Below are positions 29,106 through 41,649 of a DNA stretch of 64,000 bases, in pieces. This stretch comes from Eledone cirrhosa. Its lineage: Eukaryota. The translations under genes were made by a program, and so were the position numbers. Each line of letters begins with the position of its first letter. Position 1 is the stretch's first letter. The stretch covers positions 18,786,001 to 18,850,000 of the forward strand of contig OZ024751.1 in NCBI GenBank assembly GCA_964016885.1, read 5' to 3'. A model generated the notes under the pieces. That model saw only the letters and a list, made by a program, of their open reading frames with translations. It was not told the origin of the DNA and did no database searches.

Positions 29106-29703
29106 TATATATATCTTTGGAAAAGATAATGGATGTCTGACAGTTATAAGTGTGTTTCAGTTTGATTGTGTGTGCGAGTGTGAATGTGTGAGTGCGCATG
29201 CGTCTGTGCGCGTGTGAATGTTTGTGTGAGTGAGCATGCGTCTGTATTTGGGTGTTTGTATAAGTGGGTGCGTGCATGTTTCTGTATATAGAAAGTTCAC
29301 TTATAAATTTTTCGCCCCATGAGAAACACGCAATCGCCCTTAAGTTCCAATTGCCACAAATCAAGAAATATCGCTCCACCACTAACTCCATTTTTCTGTT
29401 GTTCATGCGTTGGTTTTTGGGGTATTTTTTTTTTTTTGACATCAACATTATTATCATCTTCGTCATCACTATCATCCTCATCATCATCATTTTTAATCTT
29501 ATCGTCGTCATCATTATTGTCATCACCATCATCTTTTAAAGGAAACAATGTTTGAACAATGGGGAAAAATTTAGCTGGATATAGAAATCTCTATGTTAAG
29601 GAAATATATCTCTATTTGTTCCTGATAAACATACACACACACACACACACATATATATATATGCATATATATACATACATACACAAATGTATACACACAC
29701 ATG

Positions 29704-29766
<63 letters not shown>

Positions 29767-29888
29767 GCAAACACAAATGTATACACACATACACGTATAT
29801 ATATATATATATACATAAATGCACAAATGTATACACACATATATTTATATATATACATATATATACATACACAAATGTATACACACAG

Positions 29889-29937
<49 letters not shown>

Positions 29938-30210
29938 TATATACACACACACATATATATATACATACATACACACACACACATATGTATATACATACAC
30001 AAATGTATACACACATATATATATATATACATGCATACATACATACACAGATGTATACACACACATATATACATACAGAAGTGTATACTAACACACACAC
30101 ATACACAAGTGTCTACACACACACACTCACACACACACATATATATATATATGTATATACATGTACATTTTAAGTATCTATGTATGTATATATGTATGTA
30201 TGAGTGCTTG

Positions 30211-30244
<34 letters not shown>

Positions 30245-30294
30245 TGTGTGTACGTAACTATGTATGTATGTATATATGTATATATATATATAAG

Positions 30295-30330
<36 letters not shown>

Positions 30331-30402
30331 CATATATATAGGTAACTGTGTATGTATATATGTATATATATATGTACGTAACTATGAATGTATGTATATA
30401 TA

Positions 30403-30478
<76 letters not shown>

Positions 30479-30499
30479 ATAACTATGTATGAAAGGTTC

Positions 30500-30644
30500 A
30501 CAATAGACAAACACATCCAGCCGTGATATTTCAACGTGAAGACAGGTTTCGTGAGTTTCATAAATGATAGTGTGATATATACGGCTTTGATGTTTGTCCA
30601 TTATTATTTCCCTCCCTTGCTGTACCAGGAATATAATTTACTGG

Positions 30645-30646
<2 letters not shown>
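30500..30646. mobile_element. Diverged fold-back insert with right tail
   Basis: AATAGACAAACACATCCAGCCGT versus ACGGCTTTGATGTTTGTCCATT; ends in (TA)n. Confidence 0.5.
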
Positions 30647-30700
<54 letters not shown>

Positions 30701-30703
<3 letters not shown>

Positions 30704-30777
30704 CGTGGCTCAAAAAAATGTATTCAGTCTTCAACAGCATTGTAATCAAAGTGTGTATATATTTTTTGGACACCCTG
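30701..30777. mobile_element. Tc1/mariner-type micro-MITE
   Basis: TA|CAGCGTGGCTCAAAAAAATGTAT ... ATATATTTTTTGGACACCCTG: imperfect TIRs starting CAG at a TA site. Confidence 0.6.
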
Positions 30778-30781
30778 CATA

Positions 30782-30841
<60 letters not shown>

Positions 30842-31065
30842 TTTATATATATATATATAAAATATATATATATGTATATGTATATAAAATATATATATTA
30901 CTATAAATATAAAATATAATATAATATAATATACATATGTATATATATATATATAAATATATATATATGCATATATATACAAATGTATATATATATATAA
31001 ATATAAAATGTATATATATATATATATAAATATAAAATATATATCATAATAAGCATATATATATA

Positions 31066-31115
<50 letters not shown>

Positions 31116-31498
31116 GGTATATACATATATATAGTTATTTATATAATATAATTATTTAATTATATGTATACATATTTTCTTTCAATATTCTTTCGTTTTT
31201 TTTAATTTTTTTTTTACTGCTTCTACTATCAATTCCTTTCTTATTTTTTTTTCCTCATTTTTTTCTCTTTATGTATATATAATTAAAGTCATCAGAAGAG
31301 AAATTCACTGTGAACAGCGAAAGACTGACAAAGGTAGAAATCACAGCTCTATACATATATATACACTTTCATACATACATACATGTATACGGACATGCAT
31401 ATATACATACGTACATACACATACACACACACACACATATATATATACACACACACACATATATATACACACATACACACACACATATATATATATAT

Positions 31499-31545
<47 letters not shown>

Positions 31546-31598
31546 CACATCTATATATACACACACACACATATATATATACACACACACATATATAT

Positions 31599-31629
<31 letters not shown>

Positions 31630-31693
31630 CACACATATATACACACATACACACATATACACACACACACACATATATATATACATATATCTA

Positions 31694-31752
<59 letters not shown>

Positions 31753-32046
31753 GTGTATGCGCAGGTGTATGTGTGAGTGTGAATGCCATCGTTCACACAA
31801 ACAAACTCATTCATGTATACAAACAAACAAACAAACAAAGGAGAAACATGTAAGAAAAGATAATATTACGAATCAACTGAGGAAGTGAGAGGCGGTCACA
31901 GTTATGGCGTCGGTGGTGGTGATTGAGCGTGGGGTGGAAGGTGTTAGAGTCGTGGGGTGAAGAGAGTGTGACTATAGTGGTAGTGGTGATGATGACGTCA
32001 GCTGTGGTAGTGGGATGGTAAAGGTGATGTCTGTGATTACACACAC

Positions 32047-32080
<34 letters not shown>

Positions 32081-32081
<1 letters not shown>

Positions 32082-32215
32082 GAAAAATGTTTGACCCCGA
32101 CGGCCGAGCTCAAGCCGTTTCAACGGCTATTTCTGGACTCTACTACTCTAAGTATTGAGTACTCTGGTGCGTTATTGTCCATCTGGTTCCCTACCACACC
32201 TCCTTCGTTATATAA
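32081..32215. mobile_element. 'GAGCTC' family insert with internal inversion
   Basis: 32081-32143 is the reverse complement of 50960-51022, whereas 32140-32212 is the family tail in + orientation. Confidence 0.7.
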
Positions 32216-32237
32216 TATATATACATATATATATATT

Positions 32238-32660
32238 TAAAAAAAATAGAGGTGTGACACCCGAGTTGTGATATATTAGTAAAAAGGAAAAGAAAATGCT
32301 GACAAATTTTTCCCAGTGAAAAATAGTTTAATTAGTAATAAGTATAAATTAGTAATAAGTATTGGTTAGTATTCAGTTTTAATTTTAAGTTTCTACCGGT
32401 TGCGCATTTCTAATGCTTTTCAAAAATAATTTTGAGATAGAGCGCCCGTGATGTTTGCTCTAATCAGATTAGAGCAAACATCACGGGCGCTCTATCTCAA
32501 AATTATTTTTGAAAAGCATTAGAAATGCGCAACCGGTAAAAACTTAAAACTAAAACTGAATACTAACCAATAATTATTACTAATTTATACTTATTCCTAA
32601 TTAAACTATTTTTCACTGGGAAAAATTTGTCAGCATTTTCTTTTCCTTTTTACTAATATA
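32238..32660. mobile_element. Near-perfect palindrome (arms 32272-32465 / 32467-32660) plus left tail
   Basis: Centre CTAATC-A-GATTAG; about 4 mismatches; degenerate hammerhead TTGAAAA-GCATT-AGA-AATGC-GCAAC-CG-GTA; (TA)n flanks. Confidence 0.92.
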
Positions 32661-32676
32661 TATATATATATATATA

Positions 32677-33116
32677 TACGATATATTAACAAATGGAAAC
32701 TATATTTATAAAACCATATTTATTTCATTATACATATTTCAAGGACACCAAGTTAAATTATGGTGTGCTTTCATCGGATAAAATATAATATAGAGCAGTT
32801 TTATAAATAAATAGTGACATACCCTTAAAGAATGCGACCATTTCTGTTGGAAGCTCGCGGGAAATGGTCGCATTCTTTAAGGGTATGTCACTATTTATTT
32901 ATAAAACTGCTCTATATTATATTTTATCTGATGAAAGCACACCATAATTTAACTTGGTGTCCTTGAAATATGTATAATGAAATAAATATGGTTTTATAAA
33001 TATAGTTTCCATTTGTTAATATATCGTATTTTTACTCCAATAATTTGTTGAGTGCTTTATATCAGTTATAAAAATATTTGCTTGTTGTATCCCAACAATT
33101 TAAATAGAACTTCTAC
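32677..33116. mobile_element. Fold-back pLTR insert (arms 32677-32844 / 32861-33028, ~88 bp right tail), related to the termini of the coding PLE
   Basis: Arms nearly identical; terminus and tail align with 34822-35060 and 38640-38788. Confidence 0.92.
32920..32984 (+). ncRNA. Type-I hammerhead ribozyme
   Basis: TATTTTAT-CTGATGA-AAG.ACACCA...TGGTGT.CTT-GAAAT-ATGT-ATA-ATGAAATA; 8 bp stem I; overlapping AATAAA. Confidence 0.8.
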
Positions 33117-33176
33117 ATATATATATATATATGAATATATATATATAAATATATCCATATATATATATAAATATAT

Positions 33177-33277
<101 letters not shown>

Positions 33278-33354
33278 TATATTGGAAAAGTAAATAACAA
33301 CAAGGAGTAGAGTTAGGAAAGGTGTTAGGTATTAGGTTCCCGCTTGAGATATAT

Positions 33355-33572
33355 ATAACAAAGAGGGTGTGGGAAGATACCAGGTGGACCATAACGCACC
33401 AGAGTACTCAATACTTAGGGTAGAAGATTGGGTAATAGGAAAAGAGTCAGGACCCCGACGATTGAGCTCCGGCCTTTTCGACAGCTAGATCCGAACAGTT
33501 CAGTTCTATCTGTCGAAACGGCCGGAGCTCAGCCGTTGGGCTCCTGGTTCGGCTCTTGACTCTTTTCCTATA
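33355..33572. mobile_element. 'GAGCTC' family fold-back insert, left tail
   Basis: Arms ~33435-33484 / 33510-33571 (ATAGGAAAAGAGTCA... / ...TGACTCTTTTCCTAT); both truncated within hammerhead stem II. Confidence 0.8.
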
Positions 33573-33788
33573 TATATATATTTGTTTAACCTGTTTAGCT
33601 TGCTTCGTTTTTTGGGCTCCGGTGGCGGATAGCTTCACGACCACCGTTTTCATTTTGTCTGGCCTCTATAACATATGTTAATTACTCTGGTCTTCTTTTA
33701 GTGCATTGAGCGCTTGGCGCATATCTCGAAAATTGCGTTTCGCTTGCTTTTGGCCACCGACGAAATACGATCTGGCTGAAATTATATT

Positions 33789-33826
<38 letters not shown>

Positions 33827-33964
33827 AGAGTGTTGAAGTTTGCTTGAAGCATTGTGGAATAATAAAAATAGTCGTTTTCCAAAACCTCAACAATGCAGAT
33901 GGGTAAATCATCGGGTAACAGAATCGGGTGGTAATGAGAGAGAGATGTAAGAAGCTTCGAAAAT

Positions 33965-34022
<58 letters not shown>

Positions 34023-34234
34023 AGGAAATTATTCATATTCGTAGAACTTATGACCGGTAAGCTTTTTCTCAATCTTCTATCTTTCAATTTCAGCTTTTCT
34101 TTCTCATTCTATATTCTGATGAAGGACTGATGTCGAAAACGTAAAGACTCTTTTCATACTATATCAAGCGTCAAATAAATATATTTCTTAATTATAATGC
34201 GTTGTTTGCTTTGTTGTTTCCGTTTAACTTTTGC

Positions 34235-34384
<150 letters not shown>

Positions 34385-34485
34385 TCAATCGTAAGATGTA
34401 TAAATACCACCATATCACATTGGCAGTCGACTTTCCAGGTGATTTCCTTCGAATGAAACAGTTCTAGTCCTGTAGAAGCCATTTC

Positions 34486-34516
<31 letters not shown>

Positions 34517-34693
34517 CAATGTTGTCTACTCTTGGTGGTAGGGTCCGTACTCTAGATAGAATTCAATGTAATCTGATCCAGTGAAATCTATATATATGCG
34601 GCCGACCGAACTAGAAACTGCTAAATGTGTGGCCGCCCTCTTGTCTCTCTGCCTTTTCAGCCCCATGGATTATATTCCTTTGTTAAATTTTGA

Positions 34694-34751
34694 ATACCTG
34701 ATGATGTCGCCGGATTCATACTGAACCGGGTCATTGAAATGTTCATAGTAT
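34694..34751 (+). ncRNA. Type-I hammerhead ribozyme in solo pLTR-like insert 34516-34800
   Basis: ATAC-CTGATGA-...CCGG.TTCA-TAC-TGAACCGG...-GAAAT-GTTC-ATA-GTAT-AATAAA; (TA)n flanks. Confidence 0.72.
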
Positions 34752-35299
34752 AATAAACCTTAAAGGAATTACACCAGTCCAGCCTCCTGTTATTTTATAA
34801 TATATATATATATATATATATGCAAAGTTTTATTTAAATTGTTGGGTTAACAACGAGTAAATATTTATAACTGATATAAAAGCACTCAACAAGTATTTGG
34901 AGTATATTTACGATATTAAATAAATGGAAACTATACTTATAAAACCATATTTATTTCATTATATATATTTCAGGGATATCATATTAAAAAAATATGTTAT
35001 GCCTTCTTCAGACAAAATACAATATAAACAGTCTTATAAATAGATAGATTCGACATACCTTTCAACTTCGACTTCTATTTGAAAAGTTGATTTGGTAGTG
35101 AAAAAATATTAGGGACAGTTATAAAAAGAAAGAAAGAAAGAAAAACGAAGAAAAAGAAGAAATGCATGCAACTAAATAGAGAGAGATAGATATAGAGAGA
35201 TAGATAGAGAGAAGAAATTCATGTAAAGAAACAGAGAGAGATATATAGAGAGAGGAAAAAAACACAGAAGGAGATAGATAGAGAGAGAGAGAGAGAAGG

Positions 35300-35345
<46 letters not shown>

Positions 35346-36040
35346 TATAGAGAGATAGATATAGATAGAGATAGAGAGAAAGAAACTAGGTAGTTGGGCA
35401 CCAGTTGAGTGACGTATCAATGATATATTTATTTATTTATTTATTTATTTAGCTCTAGTATTAATGTAGAGAGAGATATATGTGGTTAAGAGAGAAAACA
35501 GCCGTTACATAGAGAGAAAAGAAAAATATCCAGACAAAAACGAGGCAGATTTAAAACACAATGTTTCATCAATGTAAAAAATATCAATTCGTATAAATAT
35601 CAGTATTCATGAATGAGACGCGTATCAATAATGTGTGAAAAATAATGATCATATGTCTAGTTTAAAATTCCTAGGTTTATATTAGAGTTGAGTTAAATAG
35701 AAGGTTATCCCAGATTTTATACTATATACATCCATGTGAATTTACGTGATCAGCTCTGCAAATTCATATTTCACACGAAAACATTCTCATTGTGCTATAA
35801 AAATTTAAGTATACATATATGTGTACATACACACAAATATATATAGAGTCTACATTAATTTTAACAATACTATTCATGTCTTTACTCTACATGATTATCG
35901 TTCAAGCATAAATAGAGAACAGATATCAATATATCAATAAAAATATCAGAAACAAAAAGTAAATAAAAAACAAAAAAATCAAAAAAATATTAAAAATAAA
36001 AATATTAAAAATATTAAAAATATTAAAATAAAACATAAAT

Positions 36041-37323
36041 AACATTACTATGGGATCATCCGACTCAGCTCAGGTAACTGACCTTGTGGGCCTATTTTTA
36101 ATCAATTCGCTGCATAGGAAAATACCCGGTGCTACCGGAGGTTTATATAGAGATGACATGCTTTTACTTATTGAAAATAATAACTCTGAACTAAATAGAA
36201 AAAGAAAACAAATTACACAATTTTTTAATTACTTTAATCTAAAAATAGAAATTGAGAATAACCATAGAATAGTCAATTTCCTAGATGTAACATTAAATCT
36301 CAACACATGTCTTCACTATCCATTTCACAAGTTGAATGAAAACTTAAACTATGTCAGCTTTAACTCTAACCACCCCAGATCTGTTAAAAATACTATAGTA
36401 AACTCTGTTCAAAATCGTATCTCTAGAATCTCATCTAATAAAAATATTTTCGACGAAAAAGCCCAGTATTACAATGAAGCGTTAGCTAGAGCAGGATATA
36501 GTGATAAAATTATGTACATAGATAATAATAGACAAACTAACCAAAATAACAACAATTTTAATTACGGCAACAACTTTAACAACTATAATAGAAAGCATTA
36601 CAATAATTCCAAAAGCCAAAAAAGAAATAGAACTAGGAATATAATATGTTTTGCCCCCCCCCCCCCCCTTTCTCACTAAACATTAAAACCCACATCGCTA
36701 AACTATTTTTTAATGCTCTTGATAATCGCTTCCCTAGAACACATAGGTATCACTCAATTTTCAATAGACATACTATAAAATTAACCTACTCATCCACCAA
36801 AAATTTAGCACAAAATATTAATAGAATAAATAATAGGAATTTAAAACCTAGCCAAAATACCGATAATAGCATAAATAATATCCAAGTTAACAAATGTAAC
36901 TGTAGAGATAGATCTAAATGTCCGTTAAATAACAATTGCTTAGTTAAAAATATAATATACAACTGTAATGTTAAAACGGACTTAAATTCTTTTAACTATG
37001 TTGGTTCCACCTCGACAGAATTTAAACTTCGCTATAATAACCACAAGAATTCTTTCACAGATCCAAGCAAAAAATCCTCAACATCACTATCAGGCCTACT
37101 CTGGCAACTTAGGCATGATAACGTTGGATATTCAACGGCTTGGAATATAGTCTCAAGAGGGATTCCTTTTAATTCATCCTCTGACACATGTGACCTCTGC
37201 GCGGAGGAGATATTCTTTATACTAAAATCTAAAAATTCCCTTAATTTACGGACAAATTTATTCAGTTGCTGCAGACATATATTGAACTCAACTTTTAAAT
37301 ATAAATATAAATTTAAAATGTAG
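36041..37323 (+). pseudogene. PLE reverse transcriptase (C-terminal half) fused to GIY-YIG endonuclease; one frameshift at C15 (36654-36668)
   Basis: TMGSSDSAQVTDLVG, GLYRDD, FLDVTLNL, SNHP thumb, then PPFSLNIKT, IKLTYS, CNCRDRSKC, NIIY...YVG, RYNNH, CDLCAEE, LN..CRH; no internal stops in either segment. Confidence 0.93.
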
Positions 37324-38396
37324 TATATTTAATTTGATTTATAATTATTTATGAAACTCGCCGATAAATCTTTCGATTCCTTTTTATTTTAAACATTCTT
37401 CATGAATAATTAAACTACCCTAAAAGCTGATGCTCCAAATATATCGAATAAATTTTACACTAGATAAACTTCTATATTAAATATAAGACCATCTGTAGAT
37501 CAAATGGGTATCCTAAACTTTTGGAATGTTTTCTGCTAGACAGGATTTGGTGAATAATTTTGGTTTTGTTTGCTTTTGATTCTGATGCTTATAACGAACT
37601 TGGCAATATATTGTCAATTAACTTTGAAGGGTTGATCTCTGTGGTTGATTTGCGGGGCATACTATGTTTTATTTTTATTTTAATATTTTTAATATTTTTA
37701 ATATTTTTATTTTTATTTTTATTTTTAATATTTTTTTGATTTTTTTTGTTTTTTATTTACTTTTTGTTTCTGATATTTTTATTGATATATTGATATCTGT
37801 TCTCTATTTATGCTTGAACGATAATCATGTAGAGTAAAGACATGAATAGTATTGTTAAAATTAATGTAGACTCTATATATATTTGTGTGTATGTACACAT
37901 ATATGTATACTTAAATTTTTATAGCACAATGAGAATGTTTTCGTGTGAAATATGAATTTGCAGAGCTGATCACGTAAATTCACATGGATGTATATAGTAT
38001 AAAATCTGGGATAACCTTCTATTTAACTCAACTCTAATATAAACCTAGGAATTTTAAACTAGACATATGATCATTATTTTTCACACATTATTGATACGCG
38101 TCTCATTCATGAATACTGATATTTATACGAATTGATATTTTTTACATTGATGAAACATAGTGTTTTAAATCTGCCTCGTTTTTGTCTGGATATTTTTCTT
38201 TTCTCTCTATGTAACGGCTGTTTTCTCTCTTAACCACATATATCTCTCTCTACATTAATACTAGAGCTAAATAAATAAATAAATAAATAAATATATCATT
38301 GATACGTCATTAAACTGGTGCCCAACTACCTAGTTTCTTTCTCTCTATCTCTATCTATATCTATCTCTCTATATTTTCTCTTTCTCTCTCCTCTCT

Positions 38397-38433
<37 letters not shown>

Positions 38434-38679
38434 TTCTGTGTTTTTTTCCTCTCTCTATATATCTCTCTCTGTTTCTTTACATGAATTTCTTCTCTCTATC
38501 TATCTCTCTATATCTATCTCTCTCTATTTAGTTGCATGCATTTCTTCTTTTTCTTCGTTTTTCTTTCTTTCTTTTTATAACTGTCCCTAATATTTTTTCA
38601 CTACCAAATCAACTTTTCAAATAGAAGTCGAAGTTGAAAGGTATGTCGAATCTATCTATTTATAAGACTGTTTATATTG

Positions 38680-38745
38680 TATTTTGTCTGAAGAAGGCAT
38701 AACATATCTTTAATATGATATCCCTGAAATATATATAATGAAATA
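38680..38745 (+). ncRNA. Hammerhead ribozyme of the coding PLE pLTR (mirror copy on the minus strand at 34952-35019)
   Basis: TATTTTGT-CTGAAGA-AGG...CCT-GAAAT-ATAT-ATA-ATGAAATA; stem II differs from 32920 but pairing is kept. Confidence 0.78.
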
Positions 38746-38830
38746 AATATGGTTTTATAAGTATAGTTTCCATTTATTTAATATCGTATATATATATATA
38801 TATTGTTGGTGTTTTTCAATAAACACATCT

Positions 38831-38964
38831 CATCATTTCTGAGGACGGCATGTATAGGTGTAGGTATGTATATTTCCTCTGATAATTTGTAATATTTTTA
38901 CATAGATCTATATGATACCCATACCAACACACATATACATCCCAGAAACGATCGTAAAATGATG
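38831..38964 (+). ncRNA. Type-I hammerhead ribozyme with ~100 nt stem II (insert ~38803-39020)
   Basis: CATCATTT-CTGAGGA-[ATGTATA.GTGT.GGTATG...CATACC.ACAC..ATATACAT]-GAAAC-GATC-GTA-AAATGATG; perfect 8 bp stem I; palindromic loop III. Confidence 0.82.
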
Positions 38965-39050
38965 AATCTTTTAATATAAGGAGCTTGTTCATTGTTTTTA
39001 TTTCATTGTTTTTATCAATTTATATATATATAGTGAGAGAGACTGAAAGT

Positions 39051-39091
<41 letters not shown>

Positions 39092-39189
39092 GGGTTATAC
39101 GTCATACTAAATTACTACTCTTTTACCTGTTCCAGCCGACTGGAATATGAATTTATTCTACTTCATACTAACAGAACTACGATCACAAC

Positions 39190-40091
39190 CACCACTAATA
39201 CCACTACTACACAACAACATAACTAATATTACCACATCGCCCACTACCAATGCAACCACCATCACCACCACCACTGTCACCGCCACAACAACTGCGTTCA
39301 CCACCACCTTCATCCCCAACAACACTGACATTGTCACTGCCACCGTGTTCTCCACCACCAAGACAACGTCCATCACCAGCAGCAGCACCACCACCACCAC
39401 TTCCAGCACCACCGCCACCGGCACTGCCACCACCACTGCCACCACCGCCACTGCCACCACCGCCACTACCAACACCACTGCCACCACCGCCATTGCCACC
39501 ACCATCACCGCCACTGCCACCACCACCACCGCCATTGCCACCACCATCACCGCCACTGCCACCACCACCACCGCCATTGCCACCACCATCACCGCCACTG
39601 CCACCACCACCACCGCCAATGCCACCACCACCACCGCCACTGCCACCACCTCCACTAACACTGACTATCACCAGCACCACCATTGCCACCGTGACCACTA
39701 AGACAACGACTGTGACCAGCACAACAACCTCGACCATCGTCCCTATCAAGACCACCACTGCCACCGTCACCAACACCACCACAACTGCCAACGTCACCAA
39801 CACCACCACCACTGCCAATGTCACCACCACCACAACCACCGCCAACGTCACCCCCTCCACCACCACTGCCAACGTCACCAACACCACCACCACCAATGCC
39901 ACCACCACCACCACCGCCACTGCCAACGTCACCACCACCACCACCACCACCACCGCCAACGTCACCAACACCACCGCCAACGTCACCAACACCACCACCA
40001 ACGTCACCAACACCACCACCACCGTCACCACCACCACCAAAACAACGAACATCACCAGCACCACCACCACCACCATAACAACAACAACAAG

Positions 40092-40127
<36 letters not shown>

Positions 40128-40140
40128 AACCAACACCACA
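39190..40140. repeat. (ACC/GCC)n-derived low-complexity array with 36 bp sub-repeats
   Basis: Visible ACCACCGCCATTGCCACCACCATCACCGCCACTGCC and GCCAACGTCACC units. Confidence 0.88.
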
Positions 40141-40602
40141 CCACAGCAATTTGCTATGAAATTAATTGCAGACGACACGCCATTATCTTTCAGGTTTCTT
40201 GGACCACCGCGGCCCCGCCATTTTGACGCCAATTACTTTAACTCTGTCGAGTTGGGTGTTTTTTACGGATAGAAGAGAGATAGAGACAGAAGGAGGGAGC
40301 GGGGGGAAGAGATCGAGAGAGGAGGGGATGAAGGATTGGGTGGGAGTATTAGATGGATGGTTAAAGGGGGAGGGGGGCACTGATTAGAGAAGTGTGTTGG
40401 ATGAGGGGATAGAGACTGAAGGAGAGGGAGAGATTGAGAGAGGGGGGAGAGATCGAGATATCGAAAGAGGGGTGGGATCGAGACAGGAGGGTTGCAGGGT
40501 TTGGGTAGAAGTAGTAGATAGAATGGTTAGAGAGGAGGAGGAGCACTGATTAGAGAGGTGTGTTGGAGGAAGGGAGAGAGAAACAGAAGGAGGGGGAAAG
40601 AT

Positions 40603-40644
<42 letters not shown>

Positions 40645-40787
40645 TGTTGCAGGATTGGGTGGGAGTAGTAGGTGAAATGGTTAGAGGGGACGTACTGATT
40701 AGAGAAGTGTGTTAGAGGAAAGAATGAGAGAGAGAGAGAGAGGGAGAGAAAGAGAGAGAGAGGGGGGAGAGAGAAAGAGAGAGAGTT

Positions 40788-40837
<50 letters not shown>

Positions 40838-40872
40838 TAGAATATAAAAATATAGAAAGTGGAAGAAAGTAC

Positions 40873-40968
40873 ATAATTGTTTCCACTTTTGGCACAAGGC
40901 CAGCAATTACCCCAGTACATTACTGGTACTTTATTTTATCGACCCCGTAAGGATGAAAGGCAAAGTTC
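40873..40968 (-). mobile_element. SINE family A, 3' half
   Basis: Reverse complement of core plus tail. Confidence 0.88.
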
Positions 40969-41138
40969 ATCATAATCATCGCAATCACGCTCTTCATCAA
41001 CATCATTATCGTCATCACCACCATCACTTTCCTCATCATCACCATCATCATCATCATCGTCATCGCCATCACTATTACCATTATCATCATCATCATCATC
41101 ATCGTCGTCATCGTCATCATCATTATTATCATCAACAA

Positions 41139-41280
41139 AGAGTTACGGCCCTTTATGGTCTGAGTTCAAATCCCGCCGAGGTTAACTTTGCCTTTCATCC
41201 TTCCGGGGGTCGATAAAATAAAGTACCAGTAATACACTGGGATAATTGCTGGTCTTGTGCCAAAAGTAGAAACAATTATT
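41139..41280 (+). mobile_element. SINE family A, 5'-truncated, inside (CAT)n
   Basis: B-box through tail match. Confidence 0.9.
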
Positions 41281-41649
41281 ATCATCATCATCATCATCAG
41301 CAGCAGCATCATCATCATCATCATTATTATCATCATCATCATCGTCATCATCACCATCATTGTCATCATCACAATCATCATTATCATCCTAAACATTTCC
41401 AATCTCTTCTACCCACAAAGCTGGTTTTAAACATGGTCACTCAACCTGCTAGAAATAGCTACCAAATACCTTCAAAATCACTTAATCAACAACAACAACA
41501 GCAGCTAACAACAACAACAACAACAACAACAACAATTCTACTACTGCTATTAACAATATTAACAACTTCAAAATATAAAACACTTCCCTAATGATAAGCC
41601 TATCATCATCATCAACAACAACAATATTTTGATTTGATTACATTTTGTG

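Larger units (their letters stand above)
34822..38788 (+). mobile_element. Penelope-like retroelement, 5'-truncated, with ~1.13 kb inverted arms (34909-36036 / 37663-38788) and ~87 bp left tail, inserted in (TA)n
   Basis: RT plus GIY-YIG ORF between long near-identical inverted repeats; hammerhead near each outer end. Confidence 0.93.

Noticed and set aside
34116-34146. Further hammerhead-like strings (34116; also ~8214-8267 minus, ~33870-33915 minus, ~56645-56745 minus)
   Set aside because: Core or stems too degenerate to call as ribozymes by eye
39147-40272. Pro-rich (formin/extensin-like) and Thr-rich ORFs
   Set aside because: Overlapping ORFs in most frames of an ACC/GCC array; no domain outside the repeat
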